Notes: generated by a model from the letters alone, not told the origin. A stretch of 64,000 nt of DNA from Lachnospiraceae bacterium (GCA_030523275.1 JAUNIX010000003.1:67452-131451); one strand, 5' to 3'. Positions 18,743-28,644 are shown, counted from the stretch's first letter. Numbers and translations: made by a program.

Positions 18743-18780
18743 AAGAGTTGTACTTTATGAAAGTACAGCTCTTGTTTTTT
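18743..18780 (+). terminator. intrinsic terminator after vanZ
   Basis: AAGAGTTGTACTTT pairs with AAAGTACAGCTCTT, followed by GTTTTTT. Confidence 0.7.
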
Positions 18781-18782
18781 CA

Positions 18783-18839
18783 TTTCATAGGAAATTACGT
18801 TGTAATTTCCATGAAACAAAAAACGCTCCGCGAGGATGC
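18783..18839. repeat. intergenic repeat, modules 1+2 (hairpin TTTCATAGGAAATTAC..GTAATTTCC.ATGAAA plus AAAAACGCTCCGCGAGGATGC)
   Basis: About 90% identical to 23043-23100. A partial copy of module 2 lies at 9337-9360. Confidence 0.7.
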
Positions 18840-18927
18840 AAAGAGTTATAAGAAAATTTATTTTATCTTGTAACAAAATGATGGGAATTTTACACTAATA
18901 AATAGAAAAACGAGAAGGAGGTGCGAT

Positions 18928-19407
18928 ATGCTCTCTATAGAAGAAATATATAATCAATATGCGATGACTGTATATCGCTACTTGCTCTCACGTACGCAGG
19001 ATGAAGATTTAGCGGAGGAATTGACGCAGGAAACTTTTTATCAAGCTGTAAAATCCATTCATCGATTTGATGGAAAGAGTAAGATATTAACTTGGTTGAT
19101 CGGAATTGCCAAGAATCTTTTTTATCAAAACAGGCGAAAGAATCCGGTCATGAGTGAATTCACAGATTATATAGAAAAGGCAGATAGTGCGGAAGAAGAG
19201 GCTCTTGCATCGTTTGAGAAGAAGAGGATTTTACAGGCGGTGCATAAGCTGGGAGAACCAATGTGTGAGGTGATACAACTTAGGATTTATGCAGGATTCT
19301 CTTATCGTGAAATTGGAGAAATAATGGGGAGAACAGAAAATTGGGCGCGAGTTACATTTTATCGGGCGAAAGAAAAATTAAGAAAGGAGATAGATCAAGA
19401 TGAGTGA
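18928..19407 (+). CDS. ECF-type RNA polymerase sigma factor
   Basis: Region 2 (DLAEELTQETFYQAVKSIHRFDG) and region 4 (YREIGEIMGRTENWARVTFYRAKEKLR). Confidence 0.8.
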   Translation: MLSIEEIYNQYAMTVYRYLLSRTQDEDLAEELTQETFYQAVKSIHRFDGKSKILTWLIGIAKNLFYQNRRKNPVMSEFTDYIEKADSAEEEALASFEKKRILQAVHKLGEPMCEVIQLRIYAGFSYREIGEIMGRTENWARVTFYRAKEKLRKEIDQDE

Positions 19408-20287
19408 AAAATTACCATGTGAAATTGTTCAGGATTTGCTTCCATCTTATGTGGATGGGCTGACAAATCATATTACGAATGTAGCTGTAGAAGAGCATAT
19501 ATGTGAATGTAAAGACTGTGCTTTGATTCTAGATCATATGAGAACAGATTTTGCCCCTACTGATAGAAAAGAAAATGTGCAGGAACAGCAGGAAATTGAC
19601 TATTTAAAAAAGATCCGTCGTAGAAGTCGAATTCCCTCTATTCTATTGACAGTCATACTAGTAATCATACTTTTAGCAGGTATCACTTATTTATTTCTTC
19701 CAATTGGTACAAGAGGGGAAATCTTAACGAAAGCACAAAGAGAAAGTCTTTGCGAACAAATAGCACAGGCAGAGGATGTAGATGAGTATGAACAATATTT
19801 ACCGACCAAAAGTGCTGCAAGTATAAAATTATATGGTGTGGACCGAAGAGGAAATATTGGTTATGTCTATGGTTATATGTCTGCGGGAATTTATGTGAAA
19901 TTTAAAGGAAAAGCGTATAATGTCAGTGGGGGAAATGGCTCTTTTAAGATTAAAATCAAGTATAATGGAAAACAAATAAAAATAGTGAAAGTTGATTATG
20001 GAGATGGTGTGAGTGAAAGTGCAACACTGGAAGAATTTCCAACTCGATATTATTTGATGAATTCCATTTACAATTCAATTGCAAATGACAGTGGTTTTTG
20101 TCAACTTGAGAAAAAAACAGATAAAAAAATTGAGAAGAAATGGGGCGTCAAGGTAGAAACAAAGTACACAATGTTCCTGGAGGATGATGGGAAATATGAG
20201 ATCTATAATATTACAAATGATGGAGCAGAAGCTGAGAAAATGAAAACTGATTATCAAGATAGAGGAAAACTTAAAAAAATCAAATAG
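19400..20287 (+). CDS. anti-sigma factor (zf-HC2, single TM, extracytoplasmic domain)
   Basis: Overlaps the sigma gene by 8 nt. HICECKDCA zinc-finger motif, followed by TM segment ILLTVILVIILLAGITYLFL. Confidence 0.65.
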   Translation: MSEKLPCEIVQDLLPSYVDGLTNHITNVAVEEHICECKDCALILDHMRTDFAPTDRKENVQEQQEIDYLKKIRRRSRIPSILLTVILVIILLAGITYLFLPIGTRGEILTKAQRESLCEQIAQAEDVDEYEQYLPTKSAASIKLYGVDRRGNIGYVYGYMSAGIYVKFKGKAYNVSGGNGSFKIKIKYNGKQIKIVKVDYGDGVSESATLEEFPTRYYLMNSIYNSIANDSGFCQLEKKTDKKIEKKWGVKVETKYTMFLEDDGKYEIYNITNDGAEAEKMKTDYQDRGKLKKIK

Positions 20288-20310
20288 GATAACAGATGGG
20301 AGGAAAGCGC

Positions 20311-21264
20311 ATGGGTGTCTATGGAGTGGCAAAATTAATGCTGGGACTTATGGGAATAGGTATTATTTGTATCATCATAGCGATAGTATTAGGCATAAGA
20401 CAATATAGAAACAAAGGAATACCATTAGAAAAGAGATTGGGAATAGTATTTTTGATGATAGGAGTTGTATTGTTGTTCGGACCTTTTGCCTGGATTATGG
20501 AACAGAGAGAAGATGCAATTTTTACAGAAGAATTACATTATGTTCCTACAGATACAGTTTTAAAATGGGAAAAAAATGGAGTATCCTTTTATTATAACGA
20601 TCAAAAATATGAGGATGTTGAATTGCAATATATAGGTTCTAAAGATTATATATCATCGGATGCATCGCCGTTTGATTGGGCACCTTATATCAATTTAGAT
20701 AATGAAAGAAATCGAAAAGCTGCATTTAATATATGGGAAAAAGATGATTTCATTTCTAAAATGATAAAGCGAACTGGGCGTATCACAATGTATGAGTTTA
20801 AATCTCCATTTGCTAGTCATATGTATTACACGAACCAAGACGAAATTTACTGTCTTGCAGATGAAAAATCAAAGATTGTTGATTATTATTCAAAACTTAC
20901 AAATTATGATTGGTATATTAGAAAATATGGAGAAGAGAAAGAGGCAAAGATGAGAACGACTTTTTCTGATGATGAGAAAAAATTGATAGAAACCCTTGGT
21001 GTGCATGGTCAGAAGAAAACTTTAGATAAAAAGAAAATTGATTCTGAAAATGAAGATATCTACTATGAGATTGATGTCATCAGCAAAGACAAGCTGCTTT
21101 GGGGCAGTATGAATATTATTCGATATAAAGGAGAATGGTATTGGGATATGGATGAAGCAGTGGAGGATGAATTGGATGAAGAAAGTAATCTTACATATGC
21201 CAAGAAACTAGCTATATCAATCAGCAAAAAAATAAATCGTATTTATCAGGATTTAAATCTATAA
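20311..21264 (+). CDS. membrane-anchored protein of unknown function
   Basis: ATG at 20311 after GGGAGGAAAG. Two N-terminal TM segments and a ~240-aa acidic/aromatic domain with no recognisable motif. Confidence 0.5.
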   Translation: MGVYGVAKLMLGLMGIGIICIIIAIVLGIRQYRNKGIPLEKRLGIVFLMIGVVLLFGPFAWIMEQREDAIFTEELHYVPTDTVLKWEKNGVSFYYNDQKYEDVELQYIGSKDYISSDASPFDWAPYINLDNERNRKAAFNIWEKDDFISKMIKRTGRITMYEFKSPFASHMYYTNQDEIYCLADEKSKIVDYYSKLTNYDWYIRKYGEEKEAKMRTTFSDDEKKLIETLGVHGQKKTLDKKKIDSENEDIYYEIDVISKDKLLWGSMNIIRYKGEWYWDMDEAVEDELDEESNLTYAKKLAISISKKINRIYQDLNL

Positions 21265-21456
21265 TCATTTATCAAAGACAGATAATTTGATAACAATATT
21301 TTATCTGATGATTGTAATAAAAAGGATAAAAGAAAATAGCCGCCATTACTCGCAATAATGACGACTGGTTACTGTAATAGTTGATTATTGGGGTAAGCCG
21401 TATCTCTGGCTTTTCCTTTTCTAACTTTAATATAGCATATTTAGGAGGATACAAGA

Positions 21457-21984
21457 ATGAAAATAACAATTTTAAATGGTAGCCCAAGAGTGAATGGGAA
21501 CACAGAAATTATGGTGGATGAATTTATCAGAGGTGCCAAAGATTCTGGGCATGAAGTTGATAAGATTAATTTGGCAGGAAAGAAAATTGCTGGTTGTCTG
21601 GGATGCCAGTATTGCTTTGCGCACGGCGGAAAATGTGTCCAGAACGATGACATGGCGGCTGTTTTGGAAAGTCTTGACCAGGCTGATTTAGTCGTATTTG
21701 CCTCACCAATTTATTGGTTTGATATCACAGGACAGTTAAAATGTGCAATCGATCGTATGTATGCAAGAGGAAGTGTGGGATTTCATTTTGATAAGACAAT
21801 TTTGTTGTTGGATTCTGCATCAGATGGAGTATATGATGCTGCAATTGCACAATATAAAGCGACAGGTACATATTTGAAATGGAAAGATAAAGGGATTATT
21901 ACGATTTCGGGAATGGAAGAGAAAGGTAGCATGAAAGAATCTCCAAAATTAAAAGAAGTATATCAATTGGCTTATTCGTTATAA
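21457..21984 (+). CDS. flavodoxin-like NAD(P)H-dependent FMN reductase / iron-sulfur flavoprotein-like
   Basis: MKITILNGSPRVNGNTE..., CLGCQYC and SPIYWFDITGQLK. Confidence 0.65.
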   Translation: MKITILNGSPRVNGNTEIMVDEFIRGAKDSGHEVDKINLAGKKIAGCLGCQYCFAHGGKCVQNDDMAAVLESLDQADLVVFASPIYWFDITGQLKCAIDRMYARGSVGFHFDKTILLLDSASDGVYDAAIAQYKATGTYLKWKDKGIITISGMEEKGSMKESPKLKEVYQLAYSL

Positions 21985-22016
21985 TAGAATATATAAGAAA
22001 TGATTGGAGGGTTATC

Positions 22017-22625
22017 ATGTGTTGTCGATTTTTTATAGATGAAGAAACCATCAACGATATTCAAAGAATAGTTGCAAAAATAGATGTAAATGTAAATACA
22101 AAAAGGACTGGAGATATTTATCCGTCTGATACAGCGACAATTATTGCAAAAAAGAATCGTAATCTTTATGCGGAGGATATGAGATGGGGGTTTCCTTCCT
22201 ATTATAATAGCCAACTTATGATCAATGCCAGGGCAGAGTCAGCTCTCCAAAAACAGTCATTTAGCGAGAGTGTGTTGTATAGACGTTGTATTGTGCCGGC
22301 AAAAAAGTTTTATGAGTGGGACGCGAGCAAGACGAAAGTGACTTTCACCTATCCAGAAAGTCCCTCCATTTATATGGCAGGCTTCTATCATCAATTTCAG
22401 GGTGAACAACGCTTTATTGTTCTTACGACTGCAGCCAATGATTCCATGAAAAGGATTCATGATCGTATGCCTTTGATTTTAAGAGAAAACCAGATTGAAG
22501 AGTGGATATTTGCCGATCACCTTGTGGATAAATACTTAAAATTAGAGTCCCCTATGTTGACAAAATATCAGGAATACGAACAGATGAGTTTCCTTTTGGA
22601 TGACTATGATTTGAATCGTCTGTAA
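22017..22625 (+). CDS. SOS response-associated peptidase (SRAP/YedK family)
   Basis: Starts MCCRF (Cys2 nucleophile), with internal FYEW and HDRMP motifs. Confidence 0.75.
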   Translation: MCCRFFIDEETINDIQRIVAKIDVNVNTKRTGDIYPSDTATIIAKKNRNLYAEDMRWGFPSYYNSQLMINARAESALQKQSFSESVLYRRCIVPAKKFYEWDASKTKVTFTYPESPSIYMAGFYHQFQGEQRFIVLTTAANDSMKRIHDRMPLILRENQIEEWIFADHLVDKYLKLESPMLTKYQEYEQMSFLLDDYDLNRL

Positions 22626-22700
22626 AAATGAAATATAATAAAATAAGAAACAGCATAAAATTTATCAAATGGAATTGTATTATCGAAAGGAGGCATTATC

Positions 22701-23042
22701 ATGCCATTTATTGATTCAAAAATTACAGGAAAAGTATCAGATGACAAAAAAGAAGCAATTAAAACAAAATTAGGACAGGCGGTCAGTGTCCTACACAAAT
22801 CCGAGACATTTTTGATGGTAGGATTTGAAGATAATTACGATCTTTATATGGGCGGTAACCATTTAGAACAGGGAGCTTATGTATCAGTCAGCCTGTTTGG
22901 CGATGCATCTTCTGAAGATTATGAGAAAATGACGGGAGAAATTTGCAAAATTTATGAAGAAGAATTAGGAATACCAGGAAATTATATTTATGTCACATAT
23001 CATGGCATCCATGATTGGGGCTGGAACGGAAGTAATTTTTAG
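22701..23042 (+). CDS. tautomerase superfamily protein, MIF-like
   Basis: 113 aa starting MPF (Pro1 after Met removal), with a beta-alpha-beta-type length and pattern. Confidence 0.5.
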   Translation: MPFIDSKITGKVSDDKKEAIKTKLGQAVSVLHKSETFLMVGFEDNYDLYMGGNHLEQGAYVSVSLFGDASSEDYEKMTGEICKIYEEELGIPGNYIYVTYHGIHDWGWNGSNF

Positions 23043-23220
23043 TTTCATAGGAAATTACAACGTAATTTCCTATGAAACTAAAAACGCTCTGCGAGGATGC
23101 GACCAGATGCATAAGGTAATATGCCTGCTTACAGCAGTCTGCATCTGGCGCACAAAGCGGAGCAAGTCCCTCAGGGACTGAGGGATTATAGGGAGTTCGA
23201 GGCGGACTTGTCCGCTTTTG
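23043..23220. repeat. full-length composite structured intergenic repeat (three stacked hairpins)
   Basis: Hairpin 1 at 23043-23077. Hairpin 2 pairs GCGACCAGATGCA (23099-23111) with TGCATCTGGCGC (23140-23151). Hairpin 3 pairs AAAGCGGAGCAAGTCC (23154-23169) with GGACTTGTCCGCTTT (23204-23218). Parts recur at 18783-18839 and 32689-32738. Confidence 0.7.
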
Positions 23221-23278
23221 TTTTATTCGTATAGTTAGGGACTGTCGAAAAATGAGACAGTCCCATTTATGCTATGAT

Positions 23279-24691
23279 TCATTCCTGATCAACACGAATG
23301 GAAAATGCCACATCATAGTTTCCGTTTTGGCGTGGCACAAACTGTAGTTCGCCTCCATGTGCTTTTGCTATTTGGGAGGCAAGGCGAAGTCCCATAATAT
23401 GGACTTTATTATCTTGCCTATCCATATTTTGTACTACAATTTCCGGAATGCCTGAACCTGAATCTTTTATTAGCCAGCGAATGGTTTCTTTTTGTACAGA
23501 CATCGTAATGCCAATATGACATCCGTTTGGATTATGGCGGATACTATTGCCAATTAGATTACGAAGTGCCCGTTTGATCAATCCCTCGTCTGCCTCCATT
23601 TTAATTCGTTGTGCCTCTTTGGTCATATGAAACTCAATTGTATAGTTTAATATATCTTCTTCCGTATCGGAAAGTTCCAGATAAGTGTCTTCTCCAAATT
23701 CTCCGTTATAAAAATCCGCGATACATTCTCGTAAAAGTGCTGCTGGAGAACAGGTCTCTTTTTTCAGTGGCTGTGCCTGATAGGCAAGTTTGGAAGTCAG
23801 ATTTAAGTCTGCAACTAATTGACGGATAATCAAGCTTTGTCTCCTGATTGTCTTTGCCAGATTACGGTTCTCTTCCTGTAAAGATGCATCTTGTGCCAGC
23901 TTATCGGAATATCCGACGATCAAAGACAGAGGGGTTCGAATATCGTGGGATACGCCTGAAATCCATTCTGTTCTTGCCTGATCTCTGCGTGCAAGTTGTT
24001 GTTCCTGTTTTCGAAGTGTCCTTGAGGTAAGATTTAATTTTTCCGCAAGTTCACCAGAAAGTCCCTTTTCTTTTAACTCCACCGGCTTTCCGTCTGCCAG
24101 ATTTTCAATTCCCTGTGCGATTGGTTTCATCGAATGATAAAATCGAAAACCGAAACAAAGGACAAATAAGAGTATGATGATTAGATTTGCGATGACCATT
24201 GTTTTTACATATAAAGGAAAGTACTGAAAAAATGTAGAAGACATAAGAGCATCATATCTCACAACTTGTTCTTTATCACATCCAAATACGAGCAGAAAAT
24301 TGCCATTTTTCCATATCCTAACCGGATAATCTTTTAAATACCATCGGCTAAATGATGCGACGTCCTGTAAGCTATATGTTCGGGGAATTTCTTTGGGCAG
24401 ATTCCATTCCCATACTGCATTGCCCGATTCATCAAGTGCCATTGCCCAAACAAAATCGGTATTTTCGATTAAATTTTTTCCTTTTTTGGAAAGTTCTAAA
24501 ACATTTTCTTTTTCTGTAAATTCATTACGAATCTGGTCCATGATCTCTCGTCCATAGACCATTTCTTCCTGATTGCCCATTGTGGAATATCCGACATAAA
24601 TAAATACACAAAGATTGCTCACTAAAATAATAAAAATAATCAATCCTGCAGTCAGGGAATAACGACGAATAATTTTTAAAAGACTTTTCAT
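23279..24691 (-). CDS. sensor histidine kinase
   Basis: ORF 23279-24748. The MKSLLKII start at 24691 overlaps the response-regulator stop by 4 nt. Two TM segments, H-box SHDIRTPL, and an ATPase G-box DSGSGIP. Confidence 0.8.
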   Translation of the reverse strand: MKSLLKIIRRYSLTAGLIIFIILVSNLCVFIYVGYSTMGNQEEMVYGREIMDQIRNEFTEKENVLELSKKGKNLIENTDFVWAMALDESGNAVWEWNLPKEIPRTYSLQDVASFSRWYLKDYPVRIWKNGNFLLVFGCDKEQVVRYDALMSSTFFQYFPLYVKTMVIANLIIILLFVLCFGFRFYHSMKPIAQGIENLADGKPVELKEKGLSGELAEKLNLTSRTLRKQEQQLARRDQARTEWISGVSHDIRTPLSLIVGYSDKLAQDASLQEENRNLAKTIRRQSLIIRQLVADLNLTSKLAYQAQPLKKETCSPAALLRECIADFYNGEFGEDTYLELSDTEEDILNYTIEFHMTKEAQRIKMEADEGLIKRALRNLIGNSIRHNPNGCHIGITMSVQKETIRWLIKDSGSGIPEIVVQNMDRQDNKVHIMGLRLASQIAKAHGGELQFVPRQNGNYDVAFSIRVDQE

Positions 24692-25416
24692 AATTTTGTC
24701 TCCTCTTTTGCCAGACGATATCCGAGTCCACGTGCTGTCAAAAGCCATTTTGGCTTGGATGGGTTATCTTCAATCTTTTCTCTTAGATGGCGGATATGTA
24801 CCATCAAGGTATTTTCATATCCATAATACGAATCTCCCCACACGGCATTGCAGAGTGCGTCGAACGTTACAATTCTGCCACGATTTTGACTTAATTTCAT
24901 TAAAAGTAAAAGTTCCTTTGCTGTCAATGAGGTTTCTTCTCCATGAAAGCGGACTACTGCACGTTCTGGTAATATCTCATGTTCTCCTAATATCAAAATT
25001 TCCTCTTTTTTCTCATTTTTTGGAGAGGTATGATAGGTTCTTTTGAGAACCGCTTTGACACGCAGAAAAAGTTCCTTTGGAAGAAAGGGTTTTGTGATAT
25101 AGTCATCTGCTCCAAGTCCGAGGCCAAACAGTCGATCTTCATCTTCATCCTTTGCTGACAAGAACAAAATAGGAATTTCGGAATACTCTCGCATTTTTTG
25201 AAACAGGGTAAATCCATCACCGTCCGGCAGCATAATATCTAAGATTACCAAATCAGGTTTTTCGTCATGAAACAGTCTCAGTGCCTCTTTGACCGATTGT
25301 GCAGTCAAAACATTTTTATATCCCTTTTCCTTTAAAATGGCTGCAATCATGCTCACAAGTTCCTCATTATCATCAACCACCAGAATTTTATAATCGTTCT
25401 CTTTCATGTCCACCAT
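24688..25416 (-). CDS. OmpR family response regulator
   Basis: Receiver domain (ILVVDDNEEL...DLVILDIMLPDGDG) plus winged helix (LTARGLGYRL). The start is 25416 or 25407. Confidence 0.85.
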   Translation of the reverse strand: MVDMKENDYKILVVDDNEELVSMIAAILKEKGYKNVLTAQSVKEALRLFHDEKPDLVILDIMLPDGDGFTLFQKMREYSEIPILFLSAKDEDEDRLFGLGLGADDYITKPFLPKELFLRVKAVLKRTYHTSPKNEKKEEILILGEHEILPERAVVRFHGEETSLTAKELLLLMKLSQNRGRIVTFDALCNAVWGDSYYGYENTLMVHIRHLREKIEDNPSKPKWLLTARGLGYRLAKEETKL

Positions 25417-25491
25417 CTATCCCTTATTTTAATGAAATCTCTTCCTTATTATAATGCTTATTTTTGATACTTCCAATCTTCCTTGCGAAAC

Positions 25492-25530
25492 TTAAGGTAA
25501 AAATAAGGCAGCATTAAGTCTCAGATAAGG
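25492..25530 (+). promoter_or_regulatory. direct-repeat box, candidate response-regulator binding site upstream of the ABC operon
   Basis: TTAAGGTAAAAATAAGG (25492-25508) and TTAAGTCTCAGATAAGG (25514-25530) lie about 20 nt upstream of a TATAAA -10-like hexamer. Confidence 0.45.
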
Positions 25531-25576
25531 CCCACTATTTACAATCATCATATAAAAATAGAAAGGGGTGCATCTT

Positions 25577-26491
25577 ATGACATCTGTGATTACTACAAAT
25601 TCTCTTACAAAGCAATATAAGAAAAAAACAGTCGTTGACCATCTTGATTTAAATGTACCTGCAGGAAGCATTTATGGATTTTTAGGTCCGAACGGTGCTG
25701 GAAAATCGACCACTTTAAAATTGCTTTTGGGACTTACCAAACCAACAAAAGGGCAAATCAGCATTTTAGGCAAAGAGGTGAATCTAAAAAACAGATTGGA
25801 AATTCTTGCACAGACAGGTTCGTTGATTGAATCTCCGGCATATTATGGACATTTAAGTGGAAAGGAAAATCTTCAGATTATCTGCACGTTAAAAAATGTA
25901 CCAGAAAAGGAAATAGATCATGTATTAAAAATTGTGCGTATGGAAGAGCAACAAAATAAGAAAGTAAGTCATTATTCTCTTGGCATGAAACAAAGGCTTG
26001 GGCTTGCGGCAGCATTGCTTGGAAATCCCAAAGTTCTCCTATTGGATGAACCAACGAATGGTCTTGATCCTGCCGGTATTCAGGAAATGCGAGAGCTTAT
26101 TTGTTCTTTGCCACAAAAATATGGAATGACGATTATTGTTTCCAGCCATCTATTAAGTGAAATCGATCAAATGGCGACGCATGTGGGAATCATTGACAAA
26201 GGACAGCTTATTTTCCAAGATAGTTTATCTGCTCTTCATGAGCATAGCAGATCCAGAATCTTGCTGCGCACGAATCATGATGTTGTGGCAATGAACGTAT
26301 TAAAGCAATGTAACATTCCAGTTGAATGGCAAGACGGAACGCTCTATCTTAAAAATCATGATGATGAGCTTGTCATAAAAGCAATATCGATTCTTGTAAA
26401 GGAAGGGATTGGCATCCTTAGAATTACAGAACAGCAGAAGAGTCTGGAAGATATTTTCCTTCAGTTTACAGGAAAGCAGGTGAGTTTATGA
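25577..26491 (+). CDS. lantibiotic-protection-type ABC transporter ATP-binding protein (LanF-like)
   Basis: Walker A GPNGAGKST, signature SLGMKQRL, Walker B LLLDEP. ATG at 25577 after AAAGGGG. Confidence 0.75.
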   Translation: MTSVITTNSLTKQYKKKTVVDHLDLNVPAGSIYGFLGPNGAGKSTTLKLLLGLTKPTKGQISILGKEVNLKNRLEILAQTGSLIESPAYYGHLSGKENLQIICTLKNVPEKEIDHVLKIVRMEEQQNKKVSHYSLGMKQRLGLAAALLGNPKVLLLDEPTNGLDPAGIQEMRELICSLPQKYGMTIIVSSHLLSEIDQMATHVGIIDKGQLIFQDSLSALHEHSRSRILLRTNHDVVAMNVLKQCNIPVEWQDGTLYLKNHDDELVIKAISILVKEGIGILRITEQQKSLEDIFLQFTGKQVSL

Positions 26492-27252
26492 GAGTTACAT
26501 TGATGCGTGAACTATACTCTGAGCAGAAAAAAGCTCGTCATAAAAAGATATGGATGGTACCATTAGGATTTTTCCTTTTTGAAATGCTGTGGATGTTATG
26601 GCAGCTTAGCAAAGCTTCGTCAAATGAACTAGCCAACGGATATTTTATGTTGTTTTATCAGCTTCCGATTATGAACACGATTCTTTTGCCGCTTATGATC
26701 GCAGTCATTGCCAGCAGATTATGCGATATGGAAATCAAGGGAGATACCTTAAAGATTCTCTATACCATGCAAAAAAGCAGCAGATTTTTTGACTGTAAAT
26801 TTTTATGTGGGCTAAAATATCTCTTCTTTTTTACCTTAGGACATGGCATTATGATTCTGCTGTGCGCTAGGATGTTTCATTTTGAGGCTCCATTGGAAAT
26901 ATCCATGTTTGTCGCCTATTTGGCTGTGATTTTTTGTGTCAGTGCTGTCTTATTTTCGATTCAGCAAATGCTTTCGCTCATATCAAATAGTCAGATTATG
27001 CCGCTTGTAGTGGGGCTGGTCGGTTCGTTTTTGGGATTATTTTCTTTATTCTTTCCGACTGCTGTGGCACGATTGGTCATTTGGGGATATTTTGCAGCGT
27101 TTCCATGTGTGCAAATGAACTGGGAACGAGCAACAAGAATCATAGAATATGATAAGGTTTCATTTCCTTTGTCTGAATTCCTGATATTTTTGGTTGTTGG
27201 TGTCTTTATCTATATCCTATGCAGAACAATTGTTATTAGAAAAGAGGTGTAA
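26488..27252 (+). CDS. lantibiotic immunity ABC transporter permease (MutE/EpiE-like)
   Basis: Six-TM ABC-2-type protein, 4-nt overlap with the ATPase gene. Confidence 0.6.
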   Translation: MRVTLMRELYSEQKKARHKKIWMVPLGFFLFEMLWMLWQLSKASSNELANGYFMLFYQLPIMNTILLPLMIAVIASRLCDMEIKGDTLKILYTMQKSSRFFDCKFLCGLKYLFFFTLGHGIMILLCARMFHFEAPLEISMFVAYLAVIFCVSAVLFSIQQMLSLISNSQIMPLVVGLVGSFLGLFSLFFPTAVARLVIWGYFAAFPCVQMNWERATRIIEYDKVSFPLSEFLIFLVVGVFIYILCRTIVIRKEV

Positions 27253-27255
27253 ACG

Positions 27256-27981
27256 ATGTTGTTTCGATGTATCAAAGCAGAGAGAAGAAAACTCATGCAC
27301 TCTGTGATATTGCCAGCGAGTCTTATTATCCCGATTATTCCTACGATTATGGGAACCTTTAATTATTTACAAAATATAGAAATACTGACCGATGGATGGT
27401 ATTCTTTGTGGACACAGCTAACTTTATTTTATTCTAGTTTCTTTTATGCACCATTGATTGCTCTGTATTGCTCTTATCTTTGGCGATTGGAGCATTTAAA
27501 TCATAACTGGTATGTTTTTCTGACATCTCCGGTTTCCATTCCTTGTCTGTATTTGGGGAAAATGGCAGTCGTATTTGTTGTAACATTGATCACACAACTT
27601 TGGGTTGGGGTTCTTTATATCATTGCTGGGAAGTTTGTCGGATTTTCAGGACTATGTCCGCCACAAATTGTATTTTGGTTACTGAGAGGAACCTTGGCTG
27701 CTATCGCGATTGGTGCGTTGCAACTCCTTTTATCGATGTTGATTCGAAGTTTTTCCATTCCGATCGGGATTGCTCTCGTGGGAAGTGTCTTTGGCATGTT
27801 ATTTTCAAATCGTGGTGTTGGACTGTTCTGGCCTTATAGTCTTATGTTGTTAGGAATGAATTCAAATAAATCCGCGGATTCACTGGCGGGAAGTAGCATG
27901 ATTTTTCTATTGGCTGTTGTAGTATTCTTTTTCTTGTTCTACCAGATTGCGATTCGAAGCCTAAAAACAAAAGACAGATGA
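27256..27981 (+). CDS. lantibiotic immunity ABC transporter permease (MutG-like)
   Basis: Second ABC-2-type six-TM permease, immediately downstream. Confidence 0.6.
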   Translation: MLFRCIKAERRKLMHSVILPASLIIPIIPTIMGTFNYLQNIEILTDGWYSLWTQLTLFYSSFFYAPLIALYCSYLWRLEHLNHNWYVFLTSPVSIPCLYLGKMAVVFVVTLITQLWVGVLYIIAGKFVGFSGLCPPQIVFWLLRGTLAAIAIGALQLLLSMLIRSFSIPIGIALVGSVFGMLFSNRGVGLFWPYSLMLLGMNSNKSADSLAGSSMIFLLAVVVFFFLFYQIAIRSLKTKDR

Positions 27982-28090
27982 AAAAATTTTCGAAAAGTGA
28001 TAGATTTAAGTTATGAAAAGCGAACTAATAGGTGAAAGGACAAAAAAAGCCGGCGAGTATTTGTAATTAGTCATAAAGGAAGGATAATGG

Positions 28091-28642
28091 ATGAAGATAA
28101 ATGATCAAAATTATATCCAACAATTAAAAAACAAAAATGAAGAGGCACTGCTCTATGTCATTGATCGCTATGGTGCGCTTTTAAAGGCTATTTTACGAAA
28201 ACATTTATTTTGTTTTCCCAGCTTGCAGGAGGAATGTTTCAATGACATTCTTTTAGGAATCTGGCAGAATATGGATTCTTTTGATGAGACAAAAAATAGT
28301 TTTAAAAATTGGATTGCAGCGATCGCAAGATATCAGGCAATCAGCTATATACGAAAATATCAAAAAGAACTACAAAATGTTTCTCTTGAGAATCTTCCGG
28401 GGGAAATCGGAGATTCTCCATCGTTAGAATTTGTTGAGGAAGAGTTAAATGAGGAAATACAGGATTTGCTTGCACATTTAAAACCGATCGATCAGCAGAT
28501 ATTTAAAAAGCTTTATATAGAGGAATGTAGTGTCGATGAAGTTGGCAGAGAGTTAAATCTTAAGAGATCTGTTATTTATAATAGAGTGTCGCGAGCCAAG
28601 AAAAAGATGTTTCGTATTTATCCATCGAAAGGAGATTGTTGA
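28091..28642 (+). CDS. sigma-70 family (ECF-like) sigma factor
   Basis: Region 2 (ECFNDILLGIWQNMDSFD...FKNWIAAIARYQAISYIR) and region 4 (VDEVGRELNLKRSVIYNRVSRAKKKM). Confidence 0.75.
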   Translation: MKINDQNYIQQLKNKNEEALLYVIDRYGALLKAILRKHLFCFPSLQEECFNDILLGIWQNMDSFDETKNSFKNWIAAIARYQAISYIRKYQKELQNVSLENLPGEIGDSPSLEFVEEELNEEIQDLLAHLKPIDQQIFKKLYIEECSVDEVGRELNLKRSVIYNRVSRAKKKMFRIYPSKGDC

Positions 28643-28644
28643 TT

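Noticed and set aside
21265-21456. Similarity between ACAGATAAT...ATATTTTATCT here and the 19-bp terminator stem at 32617-32677, as a possible further repeat family.
   Set aside because: The shared part is short and AT-rich, and the arms do not form a comparable stem at 21283-21312. It is probably coincidence.
23043-23220. Possible tRNA or tRNA fragment because of GGGAGTTCGAGGC, which resembles a T-arm.
   Set aside because: No acceptor stem, D-arm or anticodon arm can be drawn, and the sequence folds instead into long perfect hairpins. The ORFs at 22990-23181 and 23611-24030 over or near it are spurious.
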